A stretch of DNA of 64,000 bases. Origin: Rhina ancylostomus (Eukaryota). The notes under the pieces were generated by a model. That model did no database searches. It saw only the letters and a program-made list of their open reading frames with translations, and had not been told where the DNA came from. Positions within the stretch are counted from its first letter, which is position 1. Each line of letters starts with the position of its first letter. Where the stretch lies: NCBI GenBank assembly GCA_030265395.1, contig JARFYF010000061.1:22382369-22446368 (forward strand). The letters are read 5' to 3'. A program made the translations under genes and the position numbers. Below are positions 1 to 12,305 of this stretch, piece after piece.

Positions 1-222
1 TTTTTTACTCAGAGAGTGGTGAGTGCGTGGAAATGGGCTAGTGGCAATGATGGTGGAGAAAGATACGATAGGGTCTTTTAAGAGACTTTAAGATAGGTGC
101 ATGGAGCTGAGAAAAATAGAGGGCTATGATGAGGGCTGGTAATTTCTAAGGTAGGGACATTTTCAGCACAACTTTATGGGCTGAAGGGCCTGAATTGTGC
201 TGTAGGTTTTCTATGTTTCTAA
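1..222 (+). mobile_element. CR1-type LINE 3' end
   Basis: gagagtggtgagtgcgtgg...gggctgaagggcctg...ttctatgtttcta tail; close match to 23281-23457. Confidence 0.8.
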
Positions 223-224
223 CT

Positions 225-455
225 TCCCCTTGATTCTACCACTCACCTACAGACTAGGGACAATTTATGGTGGCCATTTAACCCACCAACCTGCACAACT
301 TTGGGATCTGTGTGGAAACTGGAGCACTCAGAGGAAACCCATGTGGTCACAGGGAGAATGTACAAACTCCACACAGACAGCACCCGATGTCAAAATTGAA
401 CCTGGGTCACTGACACTGTGAGGCAGCAGCTCTATTAACTGCACCACTGTGCCAC
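225..455 (-). mobile_element. tRNA-derived V-SINE (HE1-like)
   Basis: Reverse strand shows a tRNA-like head (ggcacagtgg...ggttcaa) and V-core gtgtggagtttgtacattctccctgtg...gggtttcctc. Confidence 0.8.
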
Positions 456-532
456 AATGTTAGTGTGTGCAAAAGCTTTCCCACTCAATATCTGCTGGCT
501 GGCACTTTAAATATGTGAAAAAAACTTTTAAA

Positions 533-725
533 AATTACTACAGTTGCTGGAAATCTGAAATAAAAACGGAACATGCTGGAAACACACAGCAGGCCAGGCA
601 GTGTCTGTGGAAAGAGAAACAGAGTTAATGTTTCAGCTTCTGATGGAGGGTCTTTGTCCCCACTCTGTTTCTTTTTCCACAGATGCTCCCAAGCTGCTGA
701 CTGTTTCCAGCATTTTCTGTTTTTC
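533..725. mobile_element. Penelope-like element terminal fragment, inverted-repeat arrangement
   Basis: atgctggaaacacacagcagg...tctgtggaaagagaaacagag followed by its inverse tctgtttctttttccacagatgct...tttccagcatttt. Confidence 0.7.
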
Positions 726-3700
726 CTTTGAACATGTAATAATTTATTGTGGTCTGCCTTGGTTGATTAAATTACAAAATGCTTCATGAACTCAAACTTT
801 ATTTACACGTAATAAGAAAATTTATTCCAACAGCTCTTTTAGCTCAGGGTTGTTCATGGTGTCATCTGTGTTCAATACCAAGCAATCGAGATCATCGAGA
901 CCTCCACACAACAAGACATTCAACCCATCATGTCTGTGCTGAGCTGGGCTGGCTGACCATGTTTAATCCCACAGCCCCGCCTTCTGTCCCTAACCTTTTA
1001 AATTCCTCATTGGCACATTTTTGTCTAGTTCCCTCTTTAAATTATTTATGTAATCAGTTTCCAGCACCTTTTTATATAGTGTTCCCAATCCCAAGAGTTC
1101 TATTGACTGAGAAACAAAGCACATCTCCCCTCTGGATCTTTTGCCAATGACTTTAAGTCAATGGCCCCTGCTCATTAACCCACTCACCAGATGGAATAAC
1201 TTTTCTTGATCAAAACATCTCATCCTGTTGACAATCTCCATTCAGCCAGCTTCTACCCTCTTCAATTACCAATTTTTTTTTCCCAAAAGCAAAGTCCTGG
1301 ATATCTGAAGGCAGGCAAAACTCTGGAAACTCTCAGCAGGTGAGGAAACTACTGTGCTTTGAGAAGAAGAGTTCATGTTTCAGGAAATAGGCACCAAAAT
1401 GAAATGCTCCTCTTTGTCTTTGTGAATTTGCTCAGCACGTCATGTCTTAGCCCGAGATTTTCCAACCCCTTCTCATTATTGCCCGTCTGTTTCTTTCAAA
1501 TGGCATGAAAAAGCTCACACTTGGATGTCCGGCCTGTCGATCCACTCAATGGCATCCAGAGATGCCAAGTAGTGAAATAAGATGCCACCGGCAACTGATT
1601 TCACAGGGTGGTTGAGGTGATAGCTCCATGGTTAGGGACTCTTGTCCACAGTAGTATGGGAGTGGAAGGCTACAGCGTGTATGGCCTGTGTGATGCTGCT
1701 CTGGGCTTTGTGGGGGTGGGGTGGGGCTCAAGGCCAGGGACCTCTCCCACATTGGATGCATCTTAAAATTCCTTCAGTATGATGAATGATACGATATGAC
1801 ACATGAAAGACTGAGAAATGGAGGGCCATGTGGGAGGGAAGGGTTAGATAGATCTTAAAGCAGGATAGAATGTTGGCACAACATTGTGGGCCAGCGGGCC
1901 TGTATGTGCTGTAGTGTTCTATGTTCTAAGATGGTGGATTTCTGCCTGTGATACACACATTAACCTGCTGTTTCCCAGAATGGTCAGTGTGATTTCAAGT
2001 GCTTTTGGGCTTTGTTAACGTTGCCCATGACTAAAGATGCCCATGCCACCATCTCTGCATATTTTCTGGGACCTCGACATCATTCTTTGGGAATTTCTCA
2101 AACCTCGCAGATGAAACTAACTGGTGGTTTGTAAAGATCTGGAGCAATATTTTCACACCTCTTGGGCTTGTACCAGTTGCCCCCACCCACATCCTTCCCC
2201 TTTAGCCAATAAGCAGAAAAAAAATGATTGCCCACCAATGATCCATTTCTGCTTTGAACTCCAGCAATGGAAACACATCCTTGTGCTGAATGTGTGTAGT
2301 TACCAGTGGCTACACATTGTATTCTACTTCCAAAATTTGGTCCCGTCAGCCTCAAGATTGTGCCACAAGTCACAGTCTGCAGTTAGAAGGATAGGTTGAG
2401 GTGGGGAAACTGGGGGCAATCTTTTGACAGACAGCCATCTTTTGTGGGCAAGTTTAGTAATTATTGATGGTGTAACATTCAAATCTTTTCCAAATGTTAT
2501 TTCTAACTCTGTGGTTGGCCTGAATCAATGTTAGATTAAAACAGTGTAAACTTGAGCAATTTCGTTCACATTGTGGTATGGACAAGTTCCAGACTGCTGT
2601 GGTGCTAACTGGAAAGTCTCCCACCTGAATTGAGAATTAATCTGATATTTGATTAAATGTTTTATCTTCAGCAGGGAGGATTGGTGTGGGTGTTGTTTGG
2701 TTTTCCAAACATCCGTTGAAACTTGCACGTCTCATTTATTCAAGCACTTGCGTCCAAAGAACTAGATCGCAAAGCACTGATTTTGGATTGCACGGCATTG
2801 AGAAATCAGGAGTTAACTAAAGTTGTGTTAGTCATTGTTTCTGGGTGAAAGGAAACTGTTTCTCAAGTTGTTAGCTCATTAATTCAATCAATAAAAATTG
2901 ATTGATTAATTGAGATTGCTCTTCTAACTGTTTACAGGGATATTGCATTAAATTATAAATCAGAGACGGGTTGGCAATAAACAACCATATTGTGGAGTTT
3001 TCAATGAGGTGACTGATATTTCTTTCATTTACTGCAAGTGAATTGATGGTCTAATGGAAATAATAATCATTGTAATTGAAGCTTGTGTAATTTTTCCTTG
3101 AAAAATTCACCATTTGAAATGGTTTTGTTAGCTCGGTGAAGTTCATATTCTGAGTCACCCTGGAAAAAAAATTCCTGCCTATAGTAATGGGCTTACTGAC
3201 CACATATAATGGCAGCAGCTGTGTTAACAGCTTCTGGTGATTGAGTACATCACAATTTTTCAACCTGTAGACACCTGCACTTTAGGAATTGTCTTGTTTC
3301 TGATGCAACATGTTCAAACGTATGCCTTTGAAAGACATGAGTTTAGGAGAGATGCAACATTTTTCTTACATAAATAAGAACATAAGAACATTTTTCTTAA
3401 ATGTTGCATTATTTAAAGTACTTCATTCTGCACATTCCACATATTAGGTACTTTATAGTCAATTACTTCAGTGGTGTGTCTATTTTTCAGACAAATGCAG
3501 CAACAATTTCCATATCTCGATCCTTCAAACAGCCATTAAATTAACTTAAACAAATCATTTAGACTAAATTGTGGATGAATGTTGGCTAGAACAATGGAGA
3601 AATATTTCAAAATATGCCAGAGAATCATTTACATGCACCAGATCAGGGAAGCACATCCAATTAATTCCAAAGGTGATACTTCCTTGCAGCACCAATACTT

Positions 3701-5194
3701 TCCAGCCAGTACACAGTGGTGCAGAGTTTGCCTGCGCCGCAGTCCTACATGCAATCAACACAGCAGTGTAATACCTGATCAGCATCGGAGTGCTGCAGCT
3801 ACTCATAGCTGTAATGCAGCATCCATGCAGTAATACAGACCATTAGCCACTCCGTACTGTAATGGGGCTCTTGTTTGGTACCACAGTGCAGAATTCACTC
3901 AGTACAATATTTGTTCAATGCAGCAGTGCAACGTTGGCTGGGTGGAATATTTACACAGAATTAAATACAGCTATCGTTCACTGAGGAAAACACTTGCAAC
4001 ACCTCAGTGCAGCAAACACTCAGCACTCAATGCTGCTCTTGCTCATTGCAACACACACTGATGCTGAACTACCATGGAGCATTCATTCTGCACCACTGTG
4101 CAGCATTTGCTCAGACTTGCATAAGCTGTCTCCCCTACCCTGTTCACCTTCCCCTTCCCAGCTGCTATTCCCTTTCCCAGTACCCTCTCACCTTCCTACC
4201 GATAGAGTAACCAGGCAATGTTTTCCAGTGGAGCAAATAGGTGAAGTTACAGGGATGGCCTCCAGTGGTTATCGTGGATCAAGTCACTATTCTCTCCTTT
4301 GCCTTTATCTGTTATAACGTTAAGAATTCCCTTTGACTGCCTTTCCCATTCTGTTCAATCTAGAATTTCTTTTGGCCTTACTGCAATTATCTTCAGCTCT
4401 CTTTATTTCATGTAATGCCTTCTTGCAAATTATTTCAGTGTAAAACCTACAGGCAGAGATGTACCTTTGATTGCAACGTATGTGTGTTGGTTGTTATTTG
4501 TACACATTTCAGTACGCGCAGTCCAACTGCCTCCCTCTGATCAGCCAGCAGCACCCTTCCAGCTGACCGAGTGATTTATGATGCATGCCAGCACTTGAAG
4601 CTTTGCTGAATGTTGGAAACTTTGCATTTCAATACAGCTGGACCTAAATCAATTTAAACGCCAGTTATTTTTGTAGTCATTGTGCTCTTTTACAAATTTT
4701 CCTCCAGTACCGGCACTGCTTGGCTCGATTGTTCTCACACTGTTGGTATGTATTTTCCTATTGCTTACATCATTTCAGCATTGGCCTGAACATAAACAAA
4801 ACTACCACAGACTGAATGGAAAGAATGCAAACTTACGACCGAGACCGATTTCACCAGTCATGTCACTGAGTTTGTATTAAGTTTATTTCCATGGTATCAG
4901 GGAGAAACAAGATCTAAGCAGTACTTCTACTAATGATTGATCATAAATTGATCATTGCTTGAACCTTAACCAAATCAAGACAACATCTTCACCACCTTAC
5001 CACTCCCCAACTTTGCACCCTGTTGGGTTGGTCAGGGTCCATGTTTCAGGTCTAATTATGGAAGATCATCCTGCAAAGAGCTCCATGCCCAAGGAGGAGG
5101 TGCATACTTCATTTAATTTAGTCCAGCATGTGAAAGTTTGACCGTGTATTCCTGTTTGTTAATTTGAAGTGCAGCATGAGTAAGACTCAGAAAC

Positions 5195-5547
5195 CTGAGG
5201 GACATAGGGTAGATAGATAGAGTCTTTTTCCCAGGGTAGGGGAGGCTAAAACTAGAGGGCAGAGTTTAAGGTGAGAGCGGAGAGATTTAAAGGGGAACTG
5301 AGGGGCAAGCTTTTCGCGGAGAGGGCAGTGGGTATATAGAACGAGCTGCCAGAGGAAGTGGTGGAGGCAGATACAATGACAACATTTAGAAGATATTTGG
5401 ACAGGTACATGGATAGGAAAGGTTCAGAATGATATGGGTCAAATGCAGGCAAGTATGGCTGGCTTAAGTGGGTACTTTGGTCAGCATGGGTGAGTTGTGC
5501 TGAAGGGCCTGTTTATGTGCCATATAACTCTATGACTCCATGACTAT
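5195..5547 (+). mobile_element. CR1 LINE 3' fragment
   Basis: agggcagagtttaaggtgagag...gtggtggaggcagatac...aagggcctgtt...ctctatgactc tail. Confidence 0.8.
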
Positions 5548-6454
5548 TAGTTATAATAAACTGACTCCATTTCATAACTTTACGATACAGGAGCAAGCCA
5601 TCCAGCTGATTAAGTCTATTGTTGGGATTATGCTCCATGTGAGTCACCTTTCATACTACTCCATCCAATCCTAAACAGGTATCCTTCTGTTCTTTCTCCT
5701 GTATTTATCTAGTTTCCTTTAAATCCATTTTTGGTATTTGGCTCAATTACTCTCTAATATAGCAAGTTCCACATCCTTGCTGGGTAAAGAATTACACCTG
5801 GTTTCCTCATTGGATTTATTTGTGACAACATTTGCCTAAAAATCCTTTTAATTTCAATGGAATGAATTCCAGAGGCAGGGTACAATGCACCATGAGTACG
5901 CCTCAGCACCACTAAGTGAGCATTAATTCAAGGCAATTGTACTTAATTCTACAAACTTCTGATGCTTCACCCCTCAACTTTTAGAGGAAATACCCCTAAT
6001 TTATTGAGTCTTTTCTAATACCAATGGTATCTCGGTTCTGCAAATATCCTTCCAATTTTTTTCACATCTTTTCTAGTGCCTCTTTATATAATTTGGCTGG
6101 TCCACATTACTCTTAACTTGGTCTTTTGCAGAATTCACCACCTTTAAACAACGTACAGATTAGCTTGAACCTTATTCATGGAATGAAGAGCATTGACAGT
6201 GTGCTTTAAGAAACATTCTTCTGCCAAGCATTTTATTATTTTGTGAACAAGCCCCCATCTTCTATCAGTACATTACGGGTTGTTTTGCCTCCCAGCTTTG
6301 TATAAAGTCTTGTGAAGATGAAAAGGTAGACTTTTTGCTCAATTGTTCATACAGGGATGATGTTCTCACTCTGCCATTTTCCAAGATATTCTGCCTTAGT
6401 CAGTGTTTTTTTTTAGAAAATAGGAAATAGTTAGCCCTTTAAGTGTGTCGCATG

Positions 6455-7338
6455 GTTGAGGCAGAAAGGGATCTTGAGCTACTCCAGTGAGCAAGTCCAG
6501 ACAAGTGGCAGATGGAGTTTAATCCAGGCAAATGTGAGGTGCTGCACTTNNNNNNNNNNNNNNNNNNNNNNNNNNNNNNNNNNNNNNNNNNNNNNNNNNN
6601 NNNNNNNNNNNNNNNNNNNNNNNNNNNNNNNNNNNNNNNNNNNNNNNNNNNNNNNNNNNNNNNNNNNNNNNNNNNNNNNNNNNNNNNNNNNNNNNNNNNN
6701 NNNNNNNNNNNNNNNNNNNNNNNNNNNNNNNNNNNNNNNNNNNNNNNNNNNNNNNNNNNNNNNNNNNNNNNNNNNNNNNNNNNNNNNNNNNNNNNNNNNN
6801 NNNNNNNNNNNNNNNNNNTGTGGGGGCTTTGGAGAGGGAGCAGAAGTTTACCGGGATGCTGGCTGGTTTGGAGGACATGTGCTATGAGGAGAGGTTGGAC
6901 AAGCTGGGGCTATTTTCTCCAGACCAGCGGAGAATGAGGGGAGATTTGATGGAAGTTTATAAAATTATGCGAGGCATAGAGTAGAGTGGTTTTTCCCAGG
7001 ACTGAGATGTCTAGAACAAGTGGGCATGTATTTATGTGATATATAATAAATGTACGTATATGTGGGGAGAGGGGCAAAGTACACAGGAGATGTGTGGGGC
7101 AAGTTTTTTCTACACAGAGTGGTGGGGGCCTGGAATGCACTGCCAGAAGTGGTGGTAGAGACAGATAGCATAGGAGGGTTTAAGAGATTCTTAATCGGCA
7201 TATGAATATGCAGAGAAGGGAGGGATATGGACAATGTACAGGGAAGAGGGATTAGATTAATTAGGAGTCATTGGTTTAATTAGTTCAGCACAACATTGTG
7301 GGCCAAATGGCCTGTTCGTGTGCTGTACTGTTCTATGT
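6455..7338 (+). mobile_element. CR1 LINE ORF2 C-terminus and 3' UTR (contains gap)
   Basis: WQMEFNPGKCEVLH motif, then gagaggttggacaagctgggg and a CR1 tail. Confidence 0.85.
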
Positions 7339-7483
7339 AAATATCTCTTTATTTTCATCAATGTAACAAGATTTTTTTTTAATTAATGGTTTTAGAACAA
7401 ATGTGTCCTGTGGTTAGGCTTTTTAAGTTTAGGGAAGTCCTGTATTGTCGACATGTTGTCGATCTGACATCTAGTAACAGTTA

Positions 7484-7798
7484 CAGTCCATCCCTGGGTT
7501 ACAGACCCTGAGTTATGGATACCCTTACAAGCAAATGAGCTGCCATAATATTATTAAATTCAAAATTCCAACGTATTTTCATACATTTGTTCTTATAAAC
7601 CTCTGAACCAGTTTCCTTTCTCTCTCCACTTTCAGTAATTGTTCTTTCTTATCAGTCTTATGTGCTTTTAATGCTGTTCAATATAATACCACAGATATTT
7701 GGTTACCATATCCAGTGATTTTTCCTTATATGCTTTCTGACTTATGGAGAAAATTGGCTTATAGACGTCTATAAAAATGGAATCCATTTATTAGCCTG
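7484..7798. mobile_element. Tigger/pogo-like non-autonomous DNA transposon
   Basis: TA|CAGTCCATCCCTGGGTTAC ... GCCTG|TA; its left end aligns with the right end of the 45157-45553 element. Confidence 0.55.
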
Positions 7799-9184
7799 TA
7801 TCTAATCTGCTGCTTTTAAATATATTGCCAACCATTCCAGTATGGGTCAGACTATATTAAAAAGGAAAATTTCCATTGAATAGTCTCAATTTTCCAAGGT
7901 GAGGTAGTGAGATTAGTGTGATTTCTGTGTCACCTCATCTCATCTGGAAGTATTGCCATCTCGAAGTTAGATACTTCTGTGCTTCAGCTCCAATCCCAAA
8001 TTTAAGTGTGTGTTATTGTATCATCCAGCTACCTACAACTTAGAGGGGTTTAGGCTTTTATTCATACAATTGTGTTCCTATACAGGTTGACTGTGAGTGT
8101 CCTGCAAAACTGGTAGGTTGTTTTTGTCTGAGATGTTCAACCTATTTCAGCCACATTCAGTTGATTAGGGAGGGTTTATAGATGATCCAAAACCTTTGTG
8201 AAGACCAAGGATCTCTCTGTGGGCTTGCCACCATTTGCCCCCAAAGATTTCCCCAAAAAAATGGGACACAAGGAGACACGAGACTGCAGATGCTGAAATC
8301 TGCAGCAAAAAATGATCTGCTGGAGAAACTGAAAGAGTCAGGCAGCATCTGTGGAGGGAAATGGACAGTCAGCATTTCAAGTCAAGACTTAGCATCAAGG
8401 CTCAAGACTGGGATAAAGAAGCTTAAAAGTAGGGGAGGTCCGTCAGCTGTTCCACCATTCAATTAGATCATGACTGACCTGTGACCTTAACTCTGTTTGA
8501 TTGGATCCTTTGCTTCTAATCCTTTGATACCCTTGCATATATACAAAAATCAATTTTAGTCTGGAAAATTCTGATTAACTTTGCATTTGGGGAGAGAATT
8601 CTCAGTTTCCACTATTCATCATGTGAAGAATTGTTTCATTCCTGATTGACCTTCCTCTAATTCTGCTTTCTGATTCTGGCTCTGTCAGTCACACCAGTGG
8701 AAATAGATTGTCTTTATCCAATGTATCTAATCTTTGCTCAGTGCCCCTTTAACCTTCCTCAAAGGAATGGAAGCCAATATATTTGAGCCGTTCAAGCCGT
8801 GGTATTTAAGATCAATCCTTTTTTCTTTAAGATCAGTACTTTATTTCCTGTTGTCATCAATTAATGCAGCACAGAAACAGACCCTTTAGCCTACCACGTC
8901 CATGCCAAGGTACTCACTAAATGAAGTTAAACACAATTCTCTTTACCTGAAATTTTCATTGCATGTGTTAATAACCACATCAGGGTAAATCACGTGAAAC
9001 ACTTTAGATTTCCACAAATTAGAACTTGATAATATAAAAATTGCCAGTCTTTACTTAAAAACAACACAGATTCCTAAAAAAAAGGGTCCTTTAGCTGGCT
9101 AGTTCTCTTTAGCATTTTCTAATACTTCAGACAGACCAACTCCAGTTTATATGGCCTTGTGTCTCCTTCTTATTGGGTGAATTT

Positions 9185-9520
9185 TGGTTTGGTATTGGTT
9201 TATTATTGTCACATGTACTGAGATAGAATGAAAAGGTTGCCACCCAGACAGATTGTGCCACACATAATTACATCAAGCTGGTAAAAAGAAAATAGAATGC
9301 AGAACGTAGTTTTACATTTGTAGAGAAAGTGCAGTGCAGATAGACAAATAAGGTGCAAGGGCCGCCACAAGGTAGATTGGGAGGTCAAGGGTTCAAGAAT
9401 GCATCTTTTAGTGTATGACAGGTCTGTTCAGGACTCTAGTAACAGTGGGGTAGAAGCTGCCCTTGAGTCTTGTTGTTCGTTCTTTCAGGTTTTTGTATCT
9501 GCTGCTTGACAGGAGAAATG
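9185..9520 (-). mobile_element. Non-LTR retroelement 3' end (Rex1/Babar-like), (CCAAT/A)n tail
   Basis: ttggtattggtttattattgtcac tail, also seen at 29865-29980; family name tentative. Confidence 0.5.
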
Positions 9521-11991
9521 GTGGTCAGCACACATTGGCATCCTTGATGGTCCAAGGAGTTTCATGGAACCTTTAATGCCTCCCTAATCAATTAAATGGA
9601 TGGAGATGATTAATGTCCTTCGTGGAGTGACAAACACCTCTATCTGTTACAGTATATCCTGAGACTCCTAGTATGAATGTAAAATGTGAATATAATTAAT
9701 ATGTCTCAGCAAGCAGTCACTTGTAAAAGGAGTGACAATTCTTCCATATAGATCAGTTGGGTGACAGGAAATAAGAATATAGGGTTGGACTTCATATCTT
9801 CACTCATGTCACGGTGATATGATAAAGTGGTAAAGTTACTGAGTCACTAAAATTCAACACCAACACATTAGATCGCAGATCAGTCATCTCAAGGTAATGA
9901 GCCTGAATCTTTTAACTTGTGGTGCAATTCCACAGCACAAATTATTGTTGGGGTTGAACTTCAGCAATTACCTTACCTGTTCCTCAAGGTGTCAAGAGTA
10001 ACAGAAATGGAAAGCAGCAATAAATTTGCCACCAAGCAGCATTGAGAGATAAATATTTTCTTATTGTTGTTTCTTGTGTTGCTTGAAACATTTTTTCTAA
10101 GGCTGCTGATAACTTTTTACCTATTCTACAATAGAAAATCACCTTCCAGCTGACAGTGATATCTGATGTGTGTCAGCTCTTTAAAAGTTTACCTGAATGC
10201 TGGAAATATTTCACTTCAATACAGCTGGATATAAATCGATTTAAACTCCTATTATTTTTTTAAGAATTGCTTATGTTACCTTCATTATTACCTAAGCGAA
10301 TGCAGCTGTAGAGACTTTCTGCTGATTTTAAATTGGAATATTTATAGTAAGAATAGGTTAAAGCTATTGTAAGGAAGACAGGTATACTATGCACGTATGC
10401 AAGTCATCAATTCCTTGAATCTGCAACACAAGACACAATCAGAGAAGGTTAAGAGTTTAAAAAAACACATACTCACATGAAACTGTGACCTCAAATTATA
10501 TCTTTTTAAAACATGTTTTAAATGTTTATTTTTCTTGTCCTTCATGAGTTCCACATAGTTCATGTGAATAAAAGCAGTCTGATGTGCTGCAGCAGACAAG
10601 GTCAAAGTGAGAACTGTATTAGATCAGTCTTTCATTTAAGAATGCAGCAAACTCTAACCCACTCACCAGTAACCTATACGGTATCCTAGGAATCTGCAAG
10701 CTAAATATTTGGGTCTGTCCAATGTTGGCATATCCTCAAGCTAAGAAGAGATTAAAAGCAACACTATTCATTGCAGTAATACTGGGATATAATCCAACAT
10801 AGTAAATTGACTTAATTGACTTTGCTAATAAAAACCTAACAATTAAGGGATATCCATTCAAATAAATCATGTAATTAAGCTGCTTTAGTTTCTATGGTGG
10901 AGTACAATAGGAGTTNNNNNNNNNNNNNNNNNNNNNNNNNNNNNNNNNNNNNNNNNNNNNNNNNNNNNNNNNNNNNNNNNNNNNNNNNNNNNNNNNNNNN
11001 NNNNNNNNNNNNNNNGGAGTTTCATGTGACCAAGCCTATAAATGACTTAAGAAGAAAGATATTTAGCATCATTTTTATGGCAATGATATGTTGAGCAAGT
11101 TTTGTGATTTAATTTGTCCCAAGTTGTAACATTGTGTTTTATGCTCAAGGCAAGAATGGATTATTCAGTTTATTGAGGTGTAATGTTTTCATTCACAGCA
11201 ATAAATTGCATTCTGACAGTCTTGTTGAAATACTTACCATGTAGTGGAGAGCATCACTGGCATTAAGATCCCCTCCTTATCACTCCCTGTCCTCAAAGCT
11301 CAGCATCCTTGAATTCCCTGACTAACACCAGAGTGGGAGCCCCATCACCAGAGGAACTTAAGGGGTTTAAATAGAAATCTCATTAACAGTTTTTTCAGGT
11401 CAATTAGATGTGAATGATACAAGATTTTGGCTGTTTCCCCAAAGAGATTTAAAAAGATAAAACAGTACAATGAGTACCATTTTCATTCTCCATTACAGAT
11501 GGATCCTCAGACGTTTGCTCTCTGAAAGAAGTCTTCCATGGAATTAAATTTTAAAAACCAGCAGGTGCTAGAAAACTGAAATCAAAAAACAGAAAATGCC
11601 AGAAATACTTTGTGGGTCAGGCAGCTTCTGTGAAGGAGACTTAGGGATAACAGGTCAGAGACCTATCATCAGAATGAGATTCAGATGGAGTGTCTCTGCC
11701 TTGAAACACAAACTCTGTTTCTCCTTCTGTAACATTAAATGGGCACGATTAGATTTAATATTGCTTTATAATACACAGTGAGTTTGAAAAGTCTTTCCAC
11801 GTTGTGGAGAAATTGCTTCAAATATTACAGGGTTGGAGGGAAGCTGAATCAATGACATCTGGGCTGGCAGAAGCTGATTCTGTTTGACCTCTTTGGATGA
11901 TTCAAGACACCTTTGTTGGATGATCACAGCGTTAATGGAATATTTTTTTACCACGAACTTCATAAAATCACTCTATTCAAGCTCTGGTCAT

Positions 11992-12305
11992 CAGAACATA
12001 GAACAGTACAGCACAGGAACAGGCCCTGTGGCCCACAATGTCTACATGATCTCATCCCATCTGCCTGCACGTGGTTTGTATCCCTCTATTCCTGCCTGTT
12101 CATGTATCTGTCCAAATGCCTCTTCAACATTGCTATCGTATCTGGTTTATCACCTCCATTGGCAATGTGTTCCAGGCACCTAGCACTCCCTGCGTAAAAA
12201 AAAAACCTTGCCCCACACATTTCCCACAAACTTTCCCTCTCTCACCTTAAACCTATGCCCTTTGGTTTTTGTCATTTCCCCCTGAGAAAAAGATTCTGAC
12301 TACCT
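11992..12305 (-). mobile_element. CR1 LINE 3' end
   Basis: agaacatagaacagtacagcacaggaacaggccc...ctcaccttaaacctatgccc. Confidence 0.8.

Noticed and set aside
225-455. tRNA gene calls from A/B-box-like sequences
   Set aside because: These are SINE heads fused to V-cores, not complete cloverleafs.
2098-2373. Minus-strand ORF ending ...W...C...FICEV, superficially like a C-type lectin domain
   Set aside because: Cys/Trp spacing does not fit, and there are no supporting splice sites or partner exons.
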